Shown here in pieces: positions 42,534 through 53,704 of a stretch of 64,000 nt of DNA. Source of the stretch: an uncultured Chloroflexia bacterium (GTDB taxonomy: Bacteria > Chloroflexota > Limnocylindria > Limnocylindrales > CSP1-4); NCBI GenBank assembly GCA_963704145.1, contig CAVPHB010000006.1, forward strand, positions 686,624 through 750,623, given 5' to 3'. The position numbers were made by a program, and so were the translations under genes. Under the pieces are notes generated by a model. That model had not been told where the DNA came from, did not search any database, and saw only the letters and a program-made list of their open reading frames with translations. Position 1 is the first letter of the stretch, and the number at the start of each line of letters is the position of its first letter.

Positions 42534-43826
42534 ATGCGTCAACAAATCCGTCGTGTCGGTCTGCTGCTCGCCCTCGCGGGCCTGTCCAGCGTGGCTCTGC
42601 CGTCGAGCGTCGCGGCGACGACGGTCAACAGCCTCAGTCTCCAGGCGACCTATGACGTCAGCGCGAGCTTCTCGTGGTCCACCCGATCGGTCGTGGTCGC
42701 GACGACGGCCCAGGTGAGCAACCCGACCGGAAGCTCGGTTGGCCAGCTTGCCTTCAACCTCGCCCCGCTCAGGATCGGCAAGGCGCACCTGGGCGCGGTC
42801 AAGGTCAACGGTCAGCCCGCCCAGGCGGGGGTCGAGGACCAGACCATCCTGGTCACGTTGCCGTCGCCGCTGGCCCCAGGAGCCAGCAAGACCGTCGACA
42901 TCGCCTACACGGCACGCCTGTCGTCCAGGTCGGGCGGCGATCGCTGGCAGTTCGCCCGTCTGAGCGGGGTCATGACCGCCTATCGCTGGATCCCCTGGCT
43001 GAGCCGGACGGTCAAGTTCGATCGTCCCAGCGTTGGCGAGCCGTGGGTCACGCCGACCAGCAAACTGGTGCGCGTCGCGATCACCACTGACCGACCGCTG
43101 ATCTTTGCCACCAGCGGCCGGCGCGTCGCGGTCAACGGCCTGACCCAAACCTTCATCGCCACCAACGTGCGCGACTTCAACTTCAGCGCCAGCCCGTACT
43201 ACCAGGCCAAGTCTCGGACCGTCCTGGGCACGAGGATCACGGTCTACTACCGAAGCCAGCCGGCGACCGAGATCCTGGATTGGGCCGAACGTGCATTTCG
43301 CGATTACAGCGCCAAGGTCGGCCCGTATCCCTACCCGCAGTTCACGATCGGCGAGGTCGGCCCGTGGGCGGCAATCGAGTCGCCATCGCTGGTCTGGATC
43401 CCGAGCAATCTGCCCGCGCGCCTGAGGTCGTGGAGCGTCACCCACGAGATCGCCCACCAATGGTTCTACTCGGTCGTCGGCAACGACCAGGCATCGGAGC
43501 CGTTCGCCGACGAGGCCCTGTCGGACTTCATGTCGCGCAACCTCATCTCGCGCTTCGTCAACTCGAAATGCGCCCCGGACGACCTGGACCAGTCGATCTA
43601 CGACCTCGGTTCGTGCTACCCGTGGGTGATCTACGTCCAGGGCAACCAGTATCTGCGCGCCTACCGCGATCAGGTCGGCAACACCAGGTTCTGGCGCGGG
43701 GTGGCCAACTACTACGCCGTGTACCGCCATCGCATTGGCGGAACCCGGCAGCTGCTCGACATGCTTGATGCCGCGGCGGGCATCAGCTACCCGCACTACA
43801 AGAGGTTCCCCTCGCTGTACCCATAG
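42534..43826 (+). CDS. Secreted M1-like (gluzincin) zinc metallopeptidase
   Basis: Signal peptide; GPYPY, AIESPSLV, HEIAHQWF...VGND...DEALSDF, IYVQG. Confidence 0.82.
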   Translation: MRQQIRRVGLLLALAGLSSVALPSSVAATTVNSLSLQATYDVSASFSWSTRSVVVATTAQVSNPTGSSVGQLAFNLAPLRIGKAHLGAVKVNGQPAQAGVEDQTILVTLPSPLAPGASKTVDIAYTARLSSRSGGDRWQFARLSGVMTAYRWIPWLSRTVKFDRPSVGEPWVTPTSKLVRVAITTDRPLIFATSGRRVAVNGLTQTFIATNVRDFNFSASPYYQAKSRTVLGTRITVYYRSQPATEILDWAERAFRDYSAKVGPYPYPQFTIGEVGPWAAIESPSLVWIPSNLPARLRSWSVTHEIAHQWFYSVVGNDQASEPFADEALSDFMSRNLISRFVNSKCAPDDLDQSIYDLGSCYPWVIYVQGNQYLRAYRDQVGNTRFWRGVANYYAVYRHRIGGTRQLLDMLDAAAGISYPHYKRFPSLYP

Positions 43827-43839
43827 AGTTGGCAGCAAC

Positions 43840-45774
43840 GTGAGCCCCGCCCGCCGTTCTGCCCCGCCGCGACCGAAGCGCGTCGACGTCCCGGCGCCGA
43901 CCGAGGCGGACAGCCAGGCGCCGGCGTTGGCCGAGCAGGTGGTGGTCGATCCCGACCAGCCGCCGTATGAGGTCCGGCCTCGTGCATCGCGTGGCGACGA
44001 CGTGGCGCTGCTCGGCAACGACGAGCTGGCGCGCATCTTCTACGAGATCGGCGACATGCTCGAGATCGGTGGCGAGCTGCCGTTCAAGGTCGGCGCCTAT
44101 CGCCGGGCGGCCGAGTCGATCGCCCACTGCCTCGGTTGACGTGGCACGTGCCTACCGGGACGGCACTCCACCTCGGCTGCCCGGCGTGGGCAGGGCCATC
44201 GACGAGAAGCTGGCCGAGCTGGCCGACACCGGTCGGCTGCGCTACTACGAACGGCTGCGCGAGGACGTGCCGCCGTCGGTGGTGACGCTGCTCCAGGTGC
44301 CCGGCCTGGGACCGCGCACCGCCGGCGACCTGTGGCGCCAGGCGGGCATCGCCTCGCTCGAACAGCTCGAGTCGGCGGCGGCCGGCGGCATGCTGCGCGA
44401 GCTCAAGGGCATGACCGCGCGAGACTGAAGCGCGGCTGCTTGAGGGCTGAAGGCGCTTCGCCGCCGACCGCCCGAGCGCATCCGCCTGGGTCCCGGCACG
44501 GGAGATCGTCGAGCGTGTCGTCGGCTCGCTGGAGAGCGTGCCGGGCGTCGTAGTCGGTCGTGCCCGCCGGCTCATTCCGTCGCCGGCGCGAGACGATCGC
44601 CGACATCGACATGCTGGTCGAGACAGACGGACCCAGCCGCGGTCACTGAGTACGTGCTCCGCGCGCCGTGGGTCGAGCAGGGCGACGGCCAGGGCGGGCA
44701 CACCAGGGGTCATCGGACGACGGTGCAGCTGATGCACGGTCCGCAGGTGGACCTGATGACGATGCCCGTCGGCGCCGCCGGGACATACCTCGTCCACTTC
44801 ACGGGCTCGGCCGAGCACAACGTGCGCCTGCGCGCAATGGCCCGCGATCGCGGCTGGTCGCTCTCCGAACATGGCTTCACCCGATCGGACGATCCGAACG
44901 AGCGCAAGACCTTCGCCACCGAAGACGAGGTCTACCGTTTCCTCGGCCTGCCGTTGATCGAGGTCCGAGCTGCGCGAGGATCGCGGCGAGATCGAGGCGG
45001 CGCAGGCCGGCCGCCTGCCGACGCTGGTGACGCGAGCCGATCTGCAGGGCGATTGCCACACCCACAGCGAGTGGTCGGACGGCCACTTCACGATCGAGGC
45101 CATGGCGGCCGAGGCGCGCGAGCGCGGTCTGCGCTACCAGGTCCTGACCGACCACAGCGCAGCTCGCTGTCGATCGCGCAACGGCCTGTCGCCCGAGCGC
45201 GTCGAGCAGGAGCGGCGCATCATCGGCGAGCTGAACGAAGGGCTTCGCCCGCGCGGGTACCGACTTCCGGCTGCTGCACGGCTGCGAGCTGGAGATCACG
45301 CCCGACGGGCGGCTCGACTATGACGACGCGCTGCTGGCCCGATTCGACATCGTCGTGGCCTCGCTCCACGTCGGCCGGCGCCAGCCACGGGCGCAGCTCA
45401 TGGCGCGCTATCGCGATCGCGCTGCACAGCCCGCACGTCGACATCATCGCCCACCCGTCGGGACGCAAGCTCGGCCTGCGCGACGACCTCGATCTCGACT
45501 GGGACGCGTTCTACCGCGAGGCGGCGGAGACGCGCACTGTGCTCGAGTTGAACGGCTCAGACGAACGGCTCGACCTCGACGACCGCCGCGCGCGCGCGGC
45601 GAGGACGGCGGGCAACCGCTTCGTGATCGACTCGGACGCGCACTACCTGCACGAGTTCGACAACCTCGAGTGGGGAGTTGGCGCAGGCTCGCCGCGCGTG
45701 GCTCGAAGCCAAGCGACGTGCTCAACACGCTGCCGCTCGACGACTTTCTGGCCGCGGTTACGGATCATGGCTGA
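43840..45774 (+). CDS. polX: DNA polymerase X / PHP domain protein, multiple frameshifts
   Basis: NDELARIF, FKVGAYRRAA, PGLGPR, GSFRRRRETIADIDML, FTGSAEHN, GDCHTHSEWSDG, TDHS, AHPSGR, IDSDAH. Confidence 0.9.
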
Positions 45775-46113
45775 CGGTCAATCGGCACGGGCGCGGCTGA
45801 CTCGCTCGCGACCCGCAGTCGAGGCTCAACCTGGGCCAACTGTCTGGAGTCGACCGTTAACCAGATGCGCCGCGCAAGATCCTTGACCAATTGCGATCCT
45901 GACTGCAATTGGCGCATGAAGAGGGCCGTTTCGGGTGCTGTCGGAGGTTCCGCCCGAGTTCCTATCTGGCCAACGGTTGCGACATTCGAATTGGCACGAG
46001 ACGAACAGCCAGGTCTGGCTGGTCGGACTCCTAGGTGATCCATCGAAGCGAATCGCACCCGGGTGCCGCCGCTCGAGGGCCGGGTGCCGGCGCCGAAAGG
46101 TCAATGCTGGTTG

Positions 46114-46185
46114 TGAGTCGGTTACGCAGATCAGTCGCCGGTCAACGACTGCGCGCCGGCCCGCGCGAGCCACCAAACCGACTCA
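46114..46185. repeat. TGAGTCGGTT...AACCGACTCA palindromic element, copy 2
   Basis: Same 10-bp terminal inverted repeats as 27015-27080. Confidence 0.75.
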
Positions 46186-46220
46186 AGGGGACAGTCGCGC
46201 GCGAGCCGTGGCCCAGCCAA

Positions 46221-47542
46221 TCAGATGCGAGGACCGACCTTGGCGATCATGAAGTAGAGGATCAGCCCGCTGGCGTCGACGAGGGTCGAGATGAACGGTG
46301 CACTCATGACCGCCGGATCAAAGCCCAGTCGCCGAGCAAGGAGCGGCAGTAACGAGCCGACCAGGGTCGCCAACGTGCATACCGCGAGCAGGGTCAGCGA
46401 CACGACGCCGCCATGCGGTAGTCGATGAAAAGCATGTCGGCACGAAGGCGAGCGCGGCGAGCATGGCGCCCAGCAGCAGCCCCAACGCGCGCCTCGCGCA
46501 GCACGACGAGGACGACGTCCGTGGTGCGCAGCTCGCCGACCGCCAGGGCGCGGGTGACCGTCGTGGCCGATTGCGATCCGGCATTGCCGCCGCTGCCGAT
46601 GACGAGCGGAATGAACAGGGTCAGCGTCACGACCTGCGCGAGCGTGCCCTCGAACAGGTGCAGCACGTTGACGGTCAGCGTGGCGGCGACGATCAGCGAC
46701 CAGCAGCCAGATGAACCGGCTGCGGGCCAGGCCGAGCACCGAAACGGACAGGTACGGGTGCTCGAGCGGCTCGGCACCACCGGCCCGGGCGACATCCTCG
46801 GTCTGCTCCTCCTCGAGGATCTGCATGGCGTCGTCGACGGTCACGATGCCCACCAGCCGGCCCTCGGTGTCGACGATCGGCAGGGCGAGCAGGTCGGCCT
46901 CCTGGATCAGTCGAGCAATCTCTTCTTGGTCCTGGTCGACGCGGGCCGAGTAGACCTCGCGATCCATCAGGTCGCCGATCGGGGTCTCGGGGTCGGCCAG
47001 GACCAGGTCGCGCAAACCCAGCGCGCCGACCAGCCGGCGCGCGTCGTCGGTCATCGGCAGCGCATAGATCGTCTCGGCCGATGCGCCGATGCGGCGCAGT
47101 CGGTTGAGCGCCTCGCTCACGGTCTGGTTGGCCTTGAGGTTGACAACCTCGGGCGACATCACTCGGCCGGCCGAGTTCTCGGGGTAGCCCAGCAGCGTTG
47201 CGGTCAGGGTCCGCTCGCGCGGCGACAGGCCGGCCAGCAGCTGCTTGGCGACCTTGGCCGGCATCTCGTCGACCAACCGCGCGCGGTCGTCGGGGTCCAT
47301 GTCCTCGAACAGGTGGCGGACGCTCGTATCGCGCAGCCCCTCGAGCAACTCCTGCTGGACGAGCGGGTCGAGCAGCTCGAATACCTCGAGCGCGCGATCC
47401 TTGGCCAGCAGCCGGAAGGGGATCGCCCGGTCGGACGGCGCGAGGCGTGCCAGCTCGTCGGCGATGTCCAGCGGACCGGCCGCGTTCAGCCACTCGTTCA
47501 GGGCGTTGATGTCGCCGTGGCGACCAGTTCGGGCATCGTCAT
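46221..47542 (-). CDS. mgtE: Magnesium transporter MgtE, frameshifted
   Basis: MDPDDR, YPENSAGRVM, CBS pair, GSGGNAGSQ, DPAVMSAPFISTLVDASG. Confidence 0.93.
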
Positions 47543-47692
47543 CGGTCGACCGCTTTCCTCGCGCCGGTGGCGACAGATTGGCAGCGGGTTGCCACTTGAG
47601 CCCGCTTGGCGTCTGCGCTCAGACCGGATGTTACCCCGCGTGTCCCGCTATCTGCGTAGCGCCGCCAGACAGCTGCCCGGAGCCGCGTCGGG

Positions 47693-47720
47693 TTGACACC
47701 CCCCCGGCCGGTGGTACAAG
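47693..47720 (+). promoter_or_regulatory. Candidate sigma70 promoter for the TPR gene
   Basis: TTGACA-N16 (contains a C homopolymer)-TACAAG with a TG extended -10. Confidence 0.5.
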
Positions 47721-47800
47721 AAGTTGTTGTCCCATGACCACGTCCGGCGCTCGCTATGGCGTGCCCGCCGCGACCCCATCCGAAGGATCCGATAGCACCG

Positions 47801-48674
47801 ATGAGCTTCTCGATCACCGATGGCGGTCCGTCGCCGGCCGTCAATGCCACCCGACTCAAGCGCCAGCTGACCGAGCAGGCCATCGCCGCGGCGACGGCCG
47901 CCGAATGGGAGGCGGCGGCCGATCTGAACCGGCGCATTCTCGAGCTGGGCGCCGACAGCGAGGCCGAGAACCGGCTGGCCAAGGCGCACTGGGAGATGGG
48001 CGAGCTGTCCGAGGCGCGCGAGCACTACCAGGCCGCGCTCGCACTCGATCCCGACCAATCGCATCGCCGAGCGCAACATCAGCCGCCTGCGCATGCTGCT
48101 GGCCGAGGCCGGCAAGAAGACCGTCGCCGCACAGAAGGGCAGCAAGGCGCCGGTGTCGATCTTCGTCGAGGAGACCGGCAAGACCGGCTTCGCGCACCTG
48201 ATCGACCTGGTCGATCCCGAAGCAGCTGGCGCAGGTCAACCCGGGTGACTCGGTCGAGCTCGGCGCCGGACGGTCCGCGCCTCGCGGCGCGCTCGAACGG
48301 CCGGCACATCGGCTTCGTCGAGCCGCGCGTCGCCGCGCGCCTGCTCAAGCTCATCGCCGAGGGCAACAAGTACACCGCCGGCGTGACCAGCCTGGGCGAG
48401 CACGACGTCCGGATCATCATCCGCGAGACCTACCAGGACCCGGCCAACTACGGCAAGGTCTCGTTCCCCACCGCGGCCAAGGTGAGCGACCTGCGCCCGT
48501 ACACCAAGGGCACGCTCGTTCGCGAGGAGATGGATCTCGAGGAGGACCTCGAAGATGGACGAAGACGATGACGATATCGGGGACATCGGTCGTGTCCTGC
48601 CCGCCGACGTGACCGACGACGAGGCGTTCGTCGCCGAGGAAGCGGTCGACGACTCGGACAACTCCGAGGAGTAG
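47801..48674 (+). CDS. TPR protein with a C-terminal beta domain (HIRAN-like) and acidic tail, frameshifted
   Basis: NRLAKAHWEMGELSEAREHYQAALALDP; FVEETGKTG; IGFVEPRVAARLLKLIAEGNKY; D/E-rich end. Confidence 0.75.
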
Positions 48675-48863
48675 GCGCACCGCCCGAACGACATGGCCGC
48701 GCCCGGCCCGGGTCGCAGCGGGTGAGGGTCGTGGCGGGTTGGCTGTGGCACACGATCACTGAACGATCCGCTCTGCCGCCACGGCTGACCCGGCCAGGTC
48801 GGTGCGCCGCTGACCGCCCACCCGTCGCCGCGCCGTGAGCGCCGCCAAGTAGACTCGCAGACG

Positions 48864-51635
48864 ATGGCGGATCCGCTCTCGTCGCTCATTCGGCCCAACC
48901 AGGGACCGCAGTTGCCCGCCTTCGAGCGCTTCGCGCCACCACCGGCGGATAACGTCGTCGCCGCCGAGCTGGCCGCTCGAACGGCACCGGGCGATGTCGT
49001 CATCGATCTGCACGGCCGCGGCGGCTGGATCGCGCGCAGCGCAATCGGGTCGTTGCGTCGCGTCTACTCGTGCGAGTCGACCGGGCTTGACGCGGCTGCT
49101 GGCCGAGATCGTCCTGCGACCGCCCGATCTGCGCCACTTCGATGCCGGCCTGTCGACGCTCGCGACGCATCCGCGCGGCGACGTCGAGTTGCGCCGTGGG
49201 CTCGATCAGCCGTTCACGTCGCGCTGTCCGACGTGCGGCCGACCGGTCGTTGTCGAGGAGTTCATCTGGGAGGCCGGCGCCATCGCCCCGACGCGCAAGG
49301 TCTTCCGCTGCACTTTCTGCCGCGAGCCGGCGCGCGGGATCGAGCCGCGCAGTGCCGCGGTCGACGATGACGACCTGCGCGTGCTGCACGAAACGGACGA
49401 GCAGCCCGGCCGCCTAGGCGGCGCTCCGCGCTCGCTTCCCGGCGCCCGACAGGACGAGCCCGTTGCCCGACGGAGTTGCTGGCCTGTTCACGCCGCGCAC
49501 GCTGGTCGCCCTCGAGGCCATCGTCGCTCGGCTCGAGACCGATCTGCGCGCCGCGCCGGTCAACGCCGGCCTCAAGCTCGGACTGGTCCACGCGCTGCTG
49601 GCGGCCAGCCGGCTCAACGGCTATCCGGGCCGAGTCGCTGCGCTGCGCATCCGCCACGGCCATGTCCAGCAGCCCAACTCGCGCCAGTGGCGCGAGCGTA
49701 ATCCGTGGCTCGCGTTCGAGGAGGGCTGCCGCGAGATGCGCGACTTCATCGCCCGCGTCGAGGCCGGCGCAGGCACCTTCCAGCCCCGGCCGGGCGAGGA
49801 CATCGAGGCACTCATTGATGGCACGGCCAACGTCGTGTTGCGTACCGGGTCGCCGTCGACGGCCGGGCAACGAGCCGCAGTTCTCCTCGCGCCGCCCGGT
49901 GCTGCCTGGCCGGCTCGATCCGCGCTCGCGCGTTCGGCTCGTTCTCAGCCAGCCGCCGCTGCGCTGGTCGGTCGAGAACGCCTCGTTCGCGTACCTGGCC
50001 ACCTCGCTCGTGCTCGGCGCCAGGCGGCGGCGGAACTGCCGCTCGAGTGGATATTCGGACCCGCCGCCACGCAACGACCGCGGACGCGAGGCGACCGCTC
50101 TGCGCCGCTCGCTGCTCGCCGTGCGACCGGTCATGGCCCGCGACGCCAAGGCCGTCGTGCTGCTCGATCGGGGCGGGGCGGCCGGCCTGGTGGCCGGCGT
50201 GCTGGGCGGCGTCGGGGCCGGCTTCCGGCTCAACTCGGCGCCGCTGGCCGAGGTGGGCAACCAGATCGGAGGGGTGCTCGAGTTCGATCTCGGCCACCCG
50301 CTCGACGAGGACGACGGCCATCCCGAGCTGGCCAACCTGCCGCGCGCCGACCCCGACCAGCCGTTCGCGCTGGCCGACGTTGAGCGCGCGGTCAGCCAGG
50401 TGGCGGTGACGGTGCTCCAGTCCCGCGGCGAGCCGGCCAGCGCCGAGCGTCTGCTGGGCGAGGTGCTCATCGGTCTCGACCGCCTGGGCCACCTGCGCCG
50501 TCTGGTCGGCACGCAGACATTCAGCGAGACTGAGGCGGCCACCGAGCCGACCCATTCCGCACCTGCAGACCAACCTGCCCAGCCCGACAGCGCCGAGCCC
50601 GACAGCGCCGCGACGGACGCCGCCGCCGACGCCTCCGCTGCCACTGACAGCCCGGCCGGCCCGGACACTGCGCGGCTCGAGGGCAGCGACGCCCCCAGCG
50701 AATTCGCCCCTGACGGTCCGCCCGGCTGGGCGCTCGGGTCGGGCTCGGCGACCGATCATGTGCGGCTGCTGATGGAGATCGTGCTGGGCGAGCTGCGCCG
50801 GGCCGACCATCCGCAGCTGGTCGAGATCGAGCCCGGTCGCTGGTGGCTGCGTCATCAGCGCGACCTGGCCCAGGCCCGGCCGCCGCTGTCGGATCGGCTG
50901 GAATGGGCGGTCTTCGGCCTGTTGTCGACGTCGCAGGGCATCGACGAGCTGACTTTCTTCGATCGCGTGGCGCGCATGTTCGGCGGCCACGACACGCCCG
51001 ACGCGGAGCTGGTGCGCGCCGTGCTCGACAGCTATCGCGACCCGTCGGCCAGCGTAGTCGCGCTGCGCCCGCAGGACGGCCTCTCCGAGCGCCACGTTGA
51101 GCACGGCGAGCTGGTCGGGCTGCTCGTCGAATACGGGCATCGCCTGGGCCTGCGCTGCCACGTGTCGGCCAAGGAGCGCCGGCGCGCGTTTCGTGGCGGG
51201 ACCGTGGCCGACCTGCTGTCGGAGGAGGAGCAGCGCGCGTACGTGCCGCTGATCGCCGCGGGCGACGCGAACACGCTCGAGGCGCTCGACTGCATCTGGT
51301 ACCTGCGCGGCAAGGCGACCTTCCTGTTCGAGGTCGAGTGGACGGCGATGCTGACCGATGCGTTGCTCCGGCGCGGGCCGCGCATCCCGGCCGACGAGAA
51401 GGTCGTGCGCTTCCTCGTCATCCCGCCTGAACGGGCCGAGCTGGTGCGCTTCAAGTTGGCCCGTTCGCCGCTCCTGCGCCGGGCACTCGACGAGCAGAAC
51501 TGGCATATCCTCAAGTCCGATCACCTGCGCCGCCTGGTGGCCCGCGAGGAGGCCGACCTGGACGACTTGGCGCCGCTGCTTGGGCTCGACCCCGATATCG
51601 AGCGCCAGGCCGAACAGCTCGCGCTCTTTGGCTGA
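48864..51635 (+). CDS. Large DNA methyltransferase-like / PD-(D/E)XK-like protein with degenerate methylase motifs, frameshifted
   Basis: GDVVIDLHGRGG (motif I-like), CPTCG..CTFC zinc ribbon, ERNPW, LVLSQPP (motif IV-like), C-terminal LDCIW...FEVE. Confidence 0.65.
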
Positions 51636-51672
51636 GGCGACATCTGCCCGGCCGACCGGAGGGAGAACAACC

Positions 51673-53352
51673 GTGACCGACCTGATCGTCGAGAGCCCGG
51701 TCATTGATCTGGCCGACCGCTTCTGGCAGTGGTTCCTGGCTCGCCAACCGATGTACGCGACGGTGCTCGGCGACGAGCGTTACGACGATCGCCTGGCCGA
51801 CCCGTCGCCCGAAGGGCGGGCCGAGGAGGTCGCCGGACTGAAGGGCTTCCTGCACGACGCCCGACAGGTCGAGCGTCAGACCCTCGAGCAGGAGGATCTG
51901 ATCACGCTCGACATGCTCGAGGTGGTGGCGCGCATCTGGCTGCGCCAGCACGAGCATCACGTTCACCATTTCGAGGCGATCGACCAGATGTCGGGCCCGC
52001 ACGGCCTGGCCGGCGACCTGTCCCGCTTTCAGCGCGTTGACAGCGTCGAGCGGATCGACCGGCTCGTCCAGCGCCTCGAGGCGTTCCCCCATTTCCTGGC
52101 CGCCCATCGCGCCAACCTGCTCGAGGGCGTCGCCGCCGGCCGAACGGCAGCAGCACCGGTGGTCGCCCGGGTGATCGACCAGGCCCGCCGCGCGATCGAG
52201 ACGCCGATCGATCAATCGCCGTTGCTGGCCGCGCATCCCGAGCTCGATGACGCGTCACGCACCCGGATCCGGGCGGCGATCGAAGAGAACGTCATGCCCG
52301 CGTTGGTCGATCACCTGGCCGCCCTGCGAGGGCTACGCCCCCTATGCGCGCATCAGGGAAGGCGTGTGCGCGCTGCCCGACGGCAACGAGCTGTACAAGA
52401 CGATGATCCTTGCCTCGACGACGCTGGAGGAGACGCCCGAGTCAATTCACCAGTACGGCCTCGAGCAGCTCGAGCTGATCCGCGAGGAGACCGGAGGGAT
52501 CGCCACTGAGCTCGGCTTCGCACGACGTGCCCGAGATGCGCCGCGCGCTGGCCTCCGACGCCTCGAACTACGCCACCAGCGGCAGCCGAGATCGTCGAGC
52601 GCGCGCGGCGTCAGATAGAGAAAGCCAACGCCGCCGCACCGCGCTGGTTCGGCCGCCTGCCGGTGGCCGGCTGCGAGGTGCGCCCGGTCGAGCCGTTCCA
52701 GGAGGCCGAGGCGCCGCCCGCCTTCTACTTCCCGCCCGCCCCCGACGGATCGCGCGGTGGGATCTACTTCGTCAACACCTACCAGCCCGAGAGTCGGCCG
52801 CTGTATCGCCTGGCGACTACGACCTACCACGAGGCAACACCGGGCCATCACTTTCAGATCGCGCTCGAGAGCGAGATGACGGACCAGCCCGACTTCCGCC
52901 GCTTCGGCGCCCGTCTGACGGGCGCCGCCTATCCCGAGGGCTGGGGCCTGTACAGCGAGCGGCTGGCCGACGAGATGGGCCTCTTCGAGAGCGCCTGGGA
53001 GCGGCTGGGCATGCTCGACGCGCAGGCCTGGCGCGCGGCGCGGCTGGTGGTCGACACCGGCATCCACGCCTTCGAATGGAGCCGGGCGCAGTCGGTCGAG
53101 CTGCTCACGACGGTCGGCCTGTCCCGGCTCGAGGCGGAGACCGAGACCGATCGCTACATCGCCTGGCCGGGCCAGGCCCTGGCCTACATGACCGGCATGC
53201 GCGAGATCGTCGCCCTGCGCCGCCAGCTCGAGCAGCGCGACGGCGATCGGTTCGACCTGGTCGGGTTCCACGATGAACTGCTCGGCCACGGCACGCTGCC
53301 GCTGGCCACCATGCGCCGCGTGCTGCCCGGCTGGGTCAAGCCGCGCGCCTAG
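51673..53352 (+). CDS. DUF885 family protein (putative metallopeptidase-like), frameshifted
   Basis: YHEATPGHHFQ, YPEGWGLYSE, WRAARLVVDTGIH, RYIAWPGQALAY. Confidence 0.9.
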
Positions 53353-53422
53353 CTCTGCTGCCGGTCGCGCGGGTCCGTTCAGCGCCCGGTTGTCTTCGCG
53401 CCAAGGGTCCGCCACGCCTTTC

Positions 53423-53557
53423 GCGCCAAGTGTGCGACATAGCAACCTGATGGCGCCCGACCCGCGCCATGTTGCGCCACACGTCCCTCACCCGCACTCT
53501 TGGCACAAACTGAAGCTCGGCGCGCGCCATCAGGTCCCAAATGGCGACTTCTGACGC
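53423..53557. repeat. Orphan copy of the 135-bp three-module palindromic element
   Basis: Cores at 53432, 53483 and 53534 (exact 51-bp steps). Confidence 0.85.
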
Positions 53558-53704
53558 AGCCTGTGTCTTCGGCGGCCGCACCGGGGCGGGTCATTCAGCG
53601 CCCGGTCGTGGGACTGAACGTACCGCGCCGTGTGACTGATGGCCCATGCGTGCCGGCCGGTGCTGCTTACCATCGAACTCACTGCACGTAAAGAGGAGAC
53701 CGCG

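Noticed and set aside
47543-47700. M-box (ykoK) riboswitch upstream of mgtE
   Set aside because: Conserved motifs are not evident.
49812-51704. Long antisense and alternate-frame ORFs (e.g. 49812-51704 -, 15936-17444 -, 4190-5608 -, 54500-55795 -)
   Set aside because: Shadow ORFs of high-GC coding strands, with no motifs and overlapping well-supported genes.
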